From assembly GCA_040752435.1 (NCBI GenBank), contig JBFMGN010000001.1, positions 1 through 25,380 on the forward strand: DNA of 25,380 bases. Reading direction: 5' to 3'. Every line of letters begins with the position of its first letter. Position 1 is the first letter of the stretch. Positions 1-7,360 of this stretch are shown piece by piece. Position numbers and translations under genes: made by a program. The DNA is from Spirochaetota bacterium. GTDB taxonomy: Bacteria; Spirochaetota; Spirochaetia; SPDA01; JBFMGN01. The notes beneath the pieces were generated by a model, which saw only the letters and a program-made list of their open reading frames with translations, did no database searches and had not been told where the DNA came from.

Positions 1-1
1 T

Positions 2-1849
2 ATTCCGGTTATTTTCGTAAAAGGTATAGCCGGATTAATTTTAAAAGATCTCGCCTACACCATCACCTTCGCCCTTTTTATATCCCTCGTCATGGCTCTG
101 ACTTTGGTGCCTGTGCTGTGTTCAAAATTCTTACGGCTGCAGAAGGGATCGGTTATTTCACAGAGGGTTTCGAAAATGGATCGGGTGGACCTTGAAATAA
201 GCCTGGCCGATCTTGAACTCCAAACGGGAAATAAGATTTTCGACCGGCTTGCAAGTCTTATCCAGCGCGCCCTGGTGAAAATTGATGAGTTCTACGAGAG
301 GGCTTTAAATTGGGCCGTACGCCACAGTCTGGCCGTAATAGCAACCGCTATCATCCTCCTTGCAATCAGCATATCCTCGATAATCCTCCTGGGAATGGAA
401 TTTCTTCCGGAAACCGATGAAGCCCAGTTTTCGATCAATATCGAAACAAAAATTGAATCCCCATATACCGTCACCGAAGAAAAAGTGAAAGAAGTTGAAA
501 ACCTGATTATTGGAACCCTGGGACCAGAGTTGGATTCTCTTTCATCGATAATAGGCAGGTCAGGCGGCTACGCGTCCCTCTCGGAGAAGGGAAGCCCGTA
601 TGCACGGATTACGGTGAATCTGGTAAATAAGGATTTGCGCAAACGGAGTATCTGGCAGATAGTAAATTTTCTTACACGGGAAATCAAGAATAAAATAGTA
701 GATATCAATTTTTTTATAAATATCGAAGGGATGGCTTCCCTCGCCTCCACCGCGACAGGCGAGACAAAACAGATAGCCGCGGAGATTGCCGGGGATAACC
801 TGGAGGAATCCTCGCTCTATGCGGAAAAAATCGCCGGTATTATTGCGGGGGTTAAGGGCACCAGGGATGTGGCTGTTTCCTATAAAACCGGTAAACCTGA
901 AATACAATTTCAGGTAAAAAGAAGGGAGGCGGTCAGCCTTGGCTTAAGCCCACTCGAGATCGCCGCAACGATAAGAACCGCCTATAACGGGACAGAGGTT
1001 TCCAGGTTCAAACGGAATGATGATACCTACGATATCTACGTGCTGTTGAAAGATGCGGACAGGAATTCCCTCTCTCAGATGCGGAAGATTTTCTTTATAA
1101 ATCCTCAAGGCACAAAGATTCTCCTGGAAAATGTGGTGGATATACAAGAGGCAAAGGGGCCGGTGGTCATTGAACGGAAAAACAAAACACGGCTCATCAA
1201 GGTGACCGCCTCCCTTACGGGGGAACGCCCTCTTAACCGGGTAATGCAGGCGATTGAAAAAGAAGTTGATGCCATGGGTTCGAAACCCATGGGACTACGC
1301 CTGGAGTTTACAGGCTCGAGTAAGCAGATGGGAGAATCTTTTAGAGACCTTTTCCTGGCTCTCTTAATCGGCGCCGGCCTTGTGTATGTTATTATGGCCT
1401 CCCAGTTTGAATCCCTCCTCCATCCGTTTATAATTATGTTCGCAATACCCTTTGCCTCCATCGGTCTTGTTTTTGCGCTGATGATCACCAATACAAGTTT
1501 CAGTATTGTCGCCTTTATCGGGGCCATACTCCTGGTAGGATATGTAGTCAACAACGCCATAGTCCTCGTGGATTATATGAATATTCTTCAGAGGCACGGT
1601 CTGCCTTTGGAGCATGCGGTCGTTGTCGGCGGGAAAACGAGGCTTAAACCGGTTCTGATGAGCACCATGACTACCATGCTGGGGCTGATACCCATGGCCC
1701 TTGGAATCGGCACAGGTGCGGAACTGCGGGCGCCGATGGCCAGGGCTGTACTCGGAGGTCTTTCGACATCGACCCTGATTACCTTAATTCTCATTCCTAC
1801 AATCTACTGGCTGGTTGAATCCCGGTTGAGGAGGAAAGTGAAAACATGA
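2..1849 (+). CDS. acrB: AcrB/AcrD/AcrF-family RND efflux permease, 5'-truncated by the window edge
   Basis: The frame is open from base 2 (IPVIFVKGIAGLILKDLAYTITFALFISLVMALTLVPVL, TM5-6), so the ATG at 92 is internal. RND motifs: FLPETDEAQF, MASQFESLLHP, GYVVNNAIVLVDY, RLKPVLMSTMTTMLGLIPMA, PMARAVLGGL. Confidence 0.93.
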   Translation: MPVIFVKGIAGLILKDLAYTITFALFISLVMALTLVPVLCSKFLRLQKGSVISQRVSKMDRVDLEISLADLELQTGNKIFDRLASLIQRALVKIDEFYERALNWAVRHSLAVIATAIILLAISISSIILLGMEFLPETDEAQFSINIETKIESPYTVTEEKVKEVENLIIGTLGPELDSLSSIIGRSGGYASLSEKGSPYARITVNLVNKDLRKRSIWQIVNFLTREIKNKIVDINFFINIEGMASLASTATGETKQIAAEIAGDNLEESSLYAEKIAGIIAGVKGTRDVAVSYKTGKPEIQFQVKRREAVSLGLSPLEIAATIRTAYNGTEVSRFKRNDDTYDIYVLLKDADRNSLSQMRKIFFINPQGTKILLENVVDIQEAKGPVVIERKNKTRLIKVTASLTGERPLNRVMQAIEKEVDAMGSKPMGLRLEFTGSSKQMGESFRDLFLALLIGAGLVYVIMASQFESLLHPFIIMFAIPFASIGLVFALMITNTSFSIVAFIGAILLVGYVVNNAIVLVDYMNILQRHGLPLEHAVVVGGKTRLKPVLMSTMTTMLGLIPMALGIGTGAELRAPMARAVLGGLSTSTLITLILIPTIYWLVESRLRRKVKT

Positions 1850-2595
1850 AAATTAAATTATATTTTTTAAGCCTTCTAGGGTTAATTCTGCTTCCGGCAA
1901 GCTGCGGCCGATATTTTTCCACGGAAATTGCGGGCTATGTAAAAGACGCCGGAAGGGAGTATTCCGGCATGAAAGTCGGCATTAATGATGCCACGGTTAA
2001 AATTTATCTTAACGAGCCGTCCGCAGCCGGGGAAACGGGGTACATGGCGGAAACAACGACGATCCCCTCTTCCGGTCAGGTTCCAGGCTATTTCAGCCGC
2101 ACGATAATGTGGTACTCTTCATCGCCGAAATACAAAGAGGAAGGGGATTCAATCGATATCTGGATTGCCGCGGAACATTCCGATTTCACTGCCAGGCTCG
2201 TAAAAGTCTCAGGCATTGTTTCGGATACGCAGAATCTGGTGCCCGATATTGAGCTTACCCGGGTTGTCTTCACGGCCGGCACTGTCACCGGAACCGTTAC
2301 TTATTCATCTAACGGTGTGAATGACGCCCGGGTGGTGCTGGATTTAACCCCCGATAACGGTGTCGATAATGAAGACTATGTCACCATAACAACTACATCC
2401 AGCGAGACAACCACGCCGGGTACATTTACCTTTCTCAATGTAAAATGGAGGAATGATGCACCCGTATCCATAAGTTCGGATACAATCAAGATCCAGATAC
2501 GGGCGAGCCATGAGACTTTAGGCAGCAAGTCTATTTCAACCTACCTTACCTCCGGTGATATACCGATAATTTTAAACCCTATTTCTCTCAATTAA
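1846..2595 (+). CDS. Hypothetical lipoprotein with two tandem beta-rich (carboxypeptidase-regulatory-like) repeats
   Basis: Signal peptide MKIKLYFLSLLGLILLPASC ends in Cys20. ATGA overlap with the permease stop. Internal repeat: IAGYVKD..GINDATVKIYL..PGYF..DSIDIWIAAEH versus VTGTVTY..GVNDARVVLDL..PGTF..DTIKIQIRASH. Confidence 0.7.
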   Translation: MKIKLYFLSLLGLILLPASCGRYFSTEIAGYVKDAGREYSGMKVGINDATVKIYLNEPSAAGETGYMAETTTIPSSGQVPGYFSRTIMWYSSSPKYKEEGDSIDIWIAAEHSDFTARLVKVSGIVSDTQNLVPDIELTRVVFTAGTVTGTVTYSSNGVNDARVVLDLTPDNGVDNEDYVTITTTSSETTTPGTFTFLNVKWRNDAPVSISSDTIKIQIRASHETLGSKSISTYLTSGDIPIILNPISLN

Positions 2596-2601
2596 AAAAA
2601 C

Positions 2602-4023
2602 ATGAACGGATTATTCGAAGCCGCCGTATTAAAGAGATGGGCTGTTTTATCCCTGTGTTTCTTTTTCCTGTTTCACTCTGCCCTGCCCGGTGCGGTGGGA
2701 GAAGATAAGCCGGCATCACTAACAATTGAAGAGGCCTATACGCTTCTGAAAACAAACTCCGAAACTTTGCACGTAAAAGCTTTGGAGTTACAGAAATCCC
2801 GGGAGATGCACAAGGAAGTCCGGTCAAAAGCCTTGCCACGGCTTACCCTTGAATCTTCCGCTTCCTACCTGATAAATCCACCGGAAGGCATGATAATGAA
2901 AAAAGGTGAGTTCGGCCGGATAACCATTCCCCAGGCCGGCAGTCTTTCGCTTCCGGAAAAAGATGTGGAAATTATGCCTGACGCCGAGCACACCTACTTC
3001 AAGCTTTCTGCAGTTTTAAGCCAGCCGGTTTTTACCTGGGGCAAGATCCGGAATGCCATAAATCTTGCAAGGTTGCAGGTGGAAATTTCCGGACTGGAAC
3101 TGGAAAAACAGGAAGCTGATTTGAAGCGTGAGGCCCACAGGGCTTATTACGGTGCCGTTTTAGCCAGGGAATCGGGGGTGGAGCTTCAAAAACTGAAAGA
3201 GATTCTTTTGGATATCCTTTCTGACCGGGAAAAAAATTTCAAAGCAGGCACCTTGAATCGGCAAAGCGTTCTCGAAGCCAGGGAGAAGGTAGCGGAACTG
3301 GAGACACAACTTATCGAAGCCGAGGAAAGCCAAAGAACATCTCTGGAAAGTCTGGGGATCCTGACGGGGGTCGACCCGGAAAATGTGGAGCTCACATCGA
3401 GTTTCAGGCAAGAGCTGCCTCTCATGGATGAGGAATTGTTGAAAGAACAAGTTATCAAATCCGCAAAGGAGGTGGAAATTTTTCGAAAAAGAGTTATTCA
3501 GGCTCAGAAAAAGCTCAAAATCGCCCAAGGTTCATCCATGCTGCTTCCGGACCTGTTTCTTTCCCTCGCTTTTGATGTGAAGGGGCAACGGATCCCGCTT
3601 GCGGGCGCAAATTGGACGGATACCTGGGATTGGGATCTGATAATAAGCGTCGGTACAAAGGTTGACCTTTTTGACAGTGGGGAATCCTTTTTCAAAATTA
3701 AGGAAGCTGAGAAGGAGCTGCAGATGGCGAGCTTTAGTCTTTCAGAGTATGAGAAGGTGTTGAAACTTCAGGTACGGCAGAACATCCAGGCAATGAAAAA
3801 GGCCTACTATGAAACTCTGGAAAAAAGTGCCAGGATCGAAAGAAACCGGGAACAGTTGAAAAATGCCGAAGTCTCCTTTGAAAATGAGCTGATTACCCGG
3901 GAGGAATACCTGGGTTCCCAGGCTGCCTCAATCAGCACAAACCTGGAATATCTTTTTTCCCTCTACACCTTTGAAGAAGCACTATCGGATTTGGAGTATC
4001 TCCTGGACAGGAGCTTCAAGTAG
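2602..4023 (+). CDS. tolC: TolC-family outer membrane efflux protein
   Basis: 473 aa with an N-terminal signal and two OEP-type repeats (ALPRLTLESS..LSQPVFTWGK; LLPDLFLSL..VDLFDSGE). It is the last gene of the RND operon. Confidence 0.88.
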   Translation: MNGLFEAAVLKRWAVLSLCFFFLFHSALPGAVGEDKPASLTIEEAYTLLKTNSETLHVKALELQKSREMHKEVRSKALPRLTLESSASYLINPPEGMIMKKGEFGRITIPQAGSLSLPEKDVEIMPDAEHTYFKLSAVLSQPVFTWGKIRNAINLARLQVEISGLELEKQEADLKREAHRAYYGAVLARESGVELQKLKEILLDILSDREKNFKAGTLNRQSVLEAREKVAELETQLIEAEESQRTSLESLGILTGVDPENVELTSSFRQELPLMDEELLKEQVIKSAKEVEIFRKRVIQAQKKLKIAQGSSMLLPDLFLSLAFDVKGQRIPLAGANWTDTWDWDLIISVGTKVDLFDSGESFFKIKEAEKELQMASFSLSEYEKVLKLQVRQNIQAMKKAYYETLEKSARIERNREQLKNAEVSFENELITREEYLGSQAASISTNLEYLFSLYTFEEALSDLEYLLDRSFK

Positions 4024-4083
4024 ATTAAAACCGGCTTTCCATCAGTTGCGGTGGTTTGAGCAGCAGGCTGCGAAACAGGCTGT

Positions 4084-4220
4084 TTATGCACCTGTTACTT
4101 TCCGTACGGTTTTTTCAAGGTCGTTATCCTTAAAGCGTTTGTATTTCCGCAAGGCTTCATTGATGCGAGTTTGGTAATTACCCCCTTCTGGGCCGTACTT
4201 TGGCGGAAGAAAAATAAAAT
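4084..4220 (-). pseudogene. C-terminal remnant of a BrnA-family antitoxin
   Basis: Manual translation of the minus strand gives KYGPEGGNYQTRINEALRKYKRFKDNDLEKTVRKVTGA*, with the BrnA-type YQTRINEALR motif. The upstream ILFFFRQ is one base out of frame, and no start or toxin gene is visible. Confidence 0.6.
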
Positions 4221-4690
4221 TCAGCTTACCTTGAAAATGGTGAGGATAAGCGATGCTTTATGTCCCACATGCAATGGATCGGGGAAAGCGGCCATTTTTT
4301 CGCTGAAGTGCGAAAGTTTTTCCATCCGTGGACCAGCATCAATGAACTTGTGAACCGAAGAAGGATCGATGCAATGTTTACCGCCGTTTCTGAAGAAACC
4401 TGCACTCATGGGCTGAAAAAGAATGCTTGTAATCGTAGTACTGGCATGTATGGGCTGTCCTAATCCCATGACTAATGTAAGCGTGAATTTTGATGCCGAT
4501 GGCTATGTGGTATTGTGGTTGAACTTTCCCTGTCATAAATCTTTCCTCATATTAGGTAATGATTGCAACTATAACATACTATTGGGAGTTTCGGATACGC
4601 CTCACCCGATACGAACAAACGGGACATTTGACAAGAGGTATCGGCGGTGGCCGCGGTTCTGGCTGAAGCTCGTGGCGCGGCCTTTAGTCT

Positions 4691-4858
4691 TTACATCATC
4701 GCACCTATGAAGTCCGATGGCATTGCGATGGGCTGCATGCCGATGATGTCGGCCCAGGGAATGGCCAGCAACTCATCCCGTGTTGTCTCGGTTGTCTGAT
4801 AATCGGCTTCTCCAACGATCTCGATGTCTTTGACCAGCAACAACACCAGCATCTGATC
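4691..4858 (-). pseudogene. Internal fragment of a HepT/DUF86 (HEPN) ribonuclease toxin
   Basis: Manual translation gives DQMLVLLLVKDIEIVGEADYQTTETTRDELLAIPWADIIGM, matching the DUF86 pattern (IEIxGEA...IPWxxIIGM). It diverges exactly where the catalytic R-x4-H motif should follow. Confidence 0.7.
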
Positions 4859-4908
4859 TTGACCGCGATGCGCTTATGCTCGCCCGGCTTGAAGGGCAGC
4901 GAAACCGT
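4855..4908 (-). pseudogene. C-terminal fragment of a site-specific DNA methyltransferase (Mod-like)
   Basis: TVSLPFKPGEHKRIAVKI resembles the C-terminal S-x-PF...(R/K)IAVK(I/V) motif of long N6-adenine methyltransferases. Only 18 codons. Confidence 0.55.
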
Positions 4909-4922
4909 GGATAGTGGGCCGG

Positions 4923-4995
4923 TCAGCGACGCAGCGATTTCACGAGCCCGGTCAGCAATTTCCCGACTTCCTCGCAATTGTTCAATACAGTCTCT
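4923..4995 (-). pseudogene. C-terminal fragment of a four-helix-bundle (23S rRNA IVS-type) protein
   Basis: ETVLNNCEEVGKLLTGLVKSLRR* resembles the family's terminal helix (EVGxMLxGLxxSL). Confidence 0.5.
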
Positions 4996-5035
4996 CTATC
5001 GGTCTTTTCTTTTTGGTTGTCTTTTTTCTTGCCAT
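4982..5035 (-). pseudogene. 5' stub of a DNA methyltransferase-like gene at the start of cassette 5
   Basis: AAGGA SD, then ATG at 5035 encoding MARKKTTKKKRPIE(RLY*), 47 nt after the attC crossover point. The basic N-terminus ending in PIE resembles Mod-like methyltransferase starts. Confidence 0.45.
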
Positions 5036-5075
5036 CAATGCCTGTCCTTATCTCGATCTGGTTGCGATTATGGGA

Positions 5076-5203
5076 GGCTAACGACAGAGTCGAGCTGCAT
5101 CGTCGTCGGAAGCAGAACGTTATGTTTTTGCAAATGAAGTCTCCCTTTTCGAGCATCAGCTAAGGCGTCAGCTCCATCCAGATGATATGTCCTCTTGTTC
5201 TAT
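5076..5203 (-). other. attC site (degenerate) of the 4-TM cassette
   Basis: Minus strand: ATAGAAC...TGGAGCTGACGCC (L'', 5176-5167)...TGCAGCTCGA (L') ctctgtc GTTAGCC (R', 5082-5076). The R''-L'' spacing is abnormally long. Confidence 0.75.
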
Positions 5204-5265
5204 TATCCTTTTGATCGACCAAGTATTGCCACTGAAAGTTCCAAGGTTGCTATGCAAATGCTTGT

Positions 5266-5808
5266 CTAAAACGTTATGACTATCTGGACTAGAAAGAAAT
5301 AGGTCAATATTGCGTAAGTTGGTATTTCTGTATGATACCGGGAATCGATCACATCTTTCTTACCACCAAAGATCCGATAAATTAGATAGACGGTAGCCAT
5401 GATTGGGAACAACAAAGTTAAAATCATGATAGCAAAGGGTCTCCTCTTGTTTTCCCTCTTGTTCTTTTCAGTTTCCATTGCGTTGTTGTAAAGATCAGGG
5501 AATAAATTGACTGCCGTATCTGTGTCGATTTGCCTTAATAGGTTCAATAAGGCATATGATTCATATACCGACTGCCATCTGTGCCTGAATTGAAATGACA
5601 CGAATGAAAGAGCAGACAAGTAGGTTACGGCAAGAATAAGAATGGTTAGTAGCTCTTCTTCAAAATAGTCAAATGATCTATTGTGGAGCCATCTGAAACT
5701 CACGATAGTGAACGTGAGGTACAATGATGTAGCGATCCAAGCCATTTTTTCCTTATTCTGATGATAGTTTTCATTCAACTCGATCTTTTTTAGAATTAGG
5801 TCAATCAT
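5266..5808 (-). CDS. Hypothetical membrane protein with about 4 TM segments, integron cassette
   Basis: 180-aa AT-rich ORF between two attC sites. Hydrophobic stretches at about residues 22-38, 53-72, 125-147 and 162-180. Confidence 0.75.
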   Translation of the reverse strand: MIDLILKKIELNENYHQNKEKMAWIATSLYLTFTIVSFRWLHNRSFDYFEEELLTILILAVTYLSALSFVSFQFRHRWQSVYESYALLNLLRQIDTDTAVNLFPDLYNNAMETEKNKRENKRRPFAIMILTLLFPIMATVYLIYRIFGGKKDVIDSRYHTEIPTYAILTYFFLVQIVITF

Positions 5809-5951
5809 AAAAACTTCTTATCTAGAATTCCTTTCTCGTACGAAAAAGCCTAATAGCTTTGGCTTCTAGATTCTCATTAGTAAGACGGCTACTCATTTAG
5901 CCAATCGTAGTTACCTTTCTAACAAAGCCAAGGTATACAGCATGTACTCAA

Positions 5952-6035
5952 TGCGAACGGCCTTGCACTTAGTCCGGCGCCCTTGCAGGAGCGCAGGGAC
6001 GAGAAGGCGTCAAGTCCAGCGGCATGTTAAGCTCC
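5952..6035 (-). other. attC site of the toxin-antitoxin cassette
   Basis: GGAGCTTAAC (R'', contains the mazF TAA stop) atgccgc TGGACTTGACGCC...GGCGCCGGACTAAGTGCA aggcc GTTCGCA (R'). This is an imperfect hairpin with an unpaired central spacer. Confidence 0.85.
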
Positions 6036-6365
6036 GATTATTTCATCCAGTCCTTCTATGACTTGTGCAATCTCTTCTGGAGCCGCACGTCCGATTTTCT
6101 TGCCGATCCGTTCAACCGCCAAGGTTCTGATCTGGCTAATTTTCACCCAAGATCTTTTTAGCATCTTGACTGTCCTAAGTTCCAGTGTTAAAGGAAAGCC
6201 CGCTCGCTGCGGTTGACTGGTAATTGCTACGGTTATTACGGTCCCAGAGCGTTCATTGAAGATGTCTTGGCTTAAAATAAGGACTGGTCGATTTCTTGTC
6301 TGTTCGCTTCCGCAAACAGGATTTAGATCAGCCCAACGCACCTCCCCTCTTAGTATTCTGACCAT
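6027..6365 (-). CDS. mazF: PemK/MazF-family endoribonuclease toxin
   Basis: RGEVRWADLNPVCGSEQTRNRPVLILSQDIFNERSGTVITVAITSQ...SWVKISQIRTL. The start is placed at the ATG at 6365 (MVRILRG), overlapping the antitoxin end. Confidence 0.9.
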   Translation of the reverse strand: MVRILRGEVRWADLNPVCGSEQTRNRPVLILSQDIFNERSGTVITVAITSQPQRAGFPLTLELRTVKMLKRSWVKISQIRTLAVERIGKKIGRAAPEEIAQVIEGLDEIIGA

Positions 6366-6592
6366 TCCACTTTGTCCTGCGAAAGCCATTCTTCAGCCAA
6401 TGAGCGTTCGAATTCTGGATCTAACTTCGATACTTCGCGAGCTAGTCGGGATCGCTCTAAACGGGCTAATTTCTCTCTAACAGCCTCCTCGATAGCTTGG
6501 CTTCGGTTCGGGTATGCACGCTGACGGACCAGCGTATCAATACGCCCGACAATACCATCATCAAGGGTAATCGCGATTTTAGATTTTGGTAC
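6350..6592 (-). CDS. Ribbon-helix-helix (CopG/MazE-type) antitoxin; the codon at the expected start position is GTA
   Basis: PKSKIAITLDDGIVGRIDTLVRQRAYPNRSQAIEEAVREKL. An AGGAG SD (6603-6599) sits 6 nt before GTA at 6592. The ORF-track ATG at 6622 lies between the -35 and -10 boxes. Confidence 0.8.
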   Translation of the reverse strand, partial: VPKSKIAITLDDGIVGRIDTLVRQRAYPNRSQAIEEAVREKLARLERSRLAREVSKLDPEFERSLAEEWLSQDKVEWSEY

Positions 6593-6604
6593 GGTTTTCT
6601 CCTG

Positions 6605-6639
6605 AGTATGATAATACGTCATACTATTAAATTAGACAA
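6605..6639 (-). promoter_or_regulatory. Sigma70-type promoter and palindromic operator of the TA cassette
   Basis: TTGTCT (6639-6634)-N17-TATTAT (6616-6611), overlapped by the palindrome AGTATGA-N7-TCATACT (6605-6625). Confidence 0.75.
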
Positions 6640-6657
6640 TAGGTAATTCTGTCACAT

Positions 6658-6720
6658 GGAGCTTAACGGCGCGGTTAAGCTGCTGAGTTCACAAGGCCGG
6701 CTGGATTGATTTATTCTCTG
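6658..6720 (-). other. attC site (short, degenerate) of the R-M cassette
   Basis: CAGAGAAT (R'' with AAC changed to AAT) aaatcaat CCAGCCGG...CAGCTTAAC (L') cgcgcc GTTAAGC (R', 6667-6661). Confidence 0.75.
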
Positions 6721-6730
6721 ATTTTTTTAT

Positions 6731-7343
6731 TTACGCTGCAATTCCAATAATTACTAATGGAACCGCAGGGACGCCCCGACCTTGCCGGACGATATTGTAA
6801 AGCTCTCCCTCGTAATAGGCGACGCCGGAACTCATTTGGGCTTGAAGTGATTTCATGGGCAGAATCTCAATACCGACATCTATATGGTCTCTGATATAAA
6901 ACGCAAGGTGTTTGACAAAGAGGTCATAGGCCACAAAAGAGTACTTGCCAAATTGTACTTCTACGGCTACGCGATTCTTTACAAAATCCGTTTGATTATA
7001 ACTGAAGATTGGAATTTCGCCTACTGCCTCTATTTCTTTTTTTCTGCTCTGTAGCTGGCATGGTAAGTGTTTTTCTTATAAGTTTTTCGTTCTTCGTAAC
7101 CCAATAGCTGACTCTGCTTTCTTGCCATTCATTGGTGCGAAGCAATTTTGAAAACGCTTTATTCATGTCGATTGGGCTGTATAGCAGTTTCCCTTTCATC
7201 GTTTTTTCTTTAGAGACCTTGGTTTTGCAAGTCTCTGCATCTACAAGAGCAATAACTTTCTTGATTTCCCCCCATAATTTGGGTTTGTGAACAATCAAAA
7301 ACTCTAATCCGTTCAAATGCGAGTATGTTTCCACAATGTTCAT
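6731..7343 (-). pseudogene. BglII/BstYI-family type II restriction endonuclease, frameshifted
   Basis: Removing one A from the 7-A run (T7037-7043 on the plus strand) joins the 115-aa and 67-aa ORFs into 203 aa: ...EQKKEIEAVGEIPIFSYNQTDFVKNRVAVEVQFGKYSFVAYDLF..., with the BglII-type D...E-x-Q catalytic motif. GAGGT SD upstream. Confidence 0.85.
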
Positions 7344-7360
7344 TTAACAGAATACCTCGC

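Noticed and set aside
4059-4085. AGCAGGCTG...CAGGCTGTT resembling an IS terminal repeat
   Set aside because: No partner repeat, target duplication or transposase was found in the window.
4171-4353. 60-aa ORF containing CPTCNGSG, a DnaJ-like zinc-finger repeat
   Set aside because: Only a single repeat, no SD, and it overlaps the BrnA remnant on the other strand; most likely chance.
4230-4463. LENGEDKR in a plus-strand frame resembling the IntI motif LLENGYDIR
   Set aside because: The flanking catalytic motifs (HxxRHSFATH and QELLGH) are absent, and the location is at the wrong end of the array.
6661-6680. Perfect hairpin GCTTAAC-N6-GTTAAGC as a terminator or mini-attC
   Set aside because: It is explained as L' plus R' of the attC at 6658-6720; there is no U-tract.
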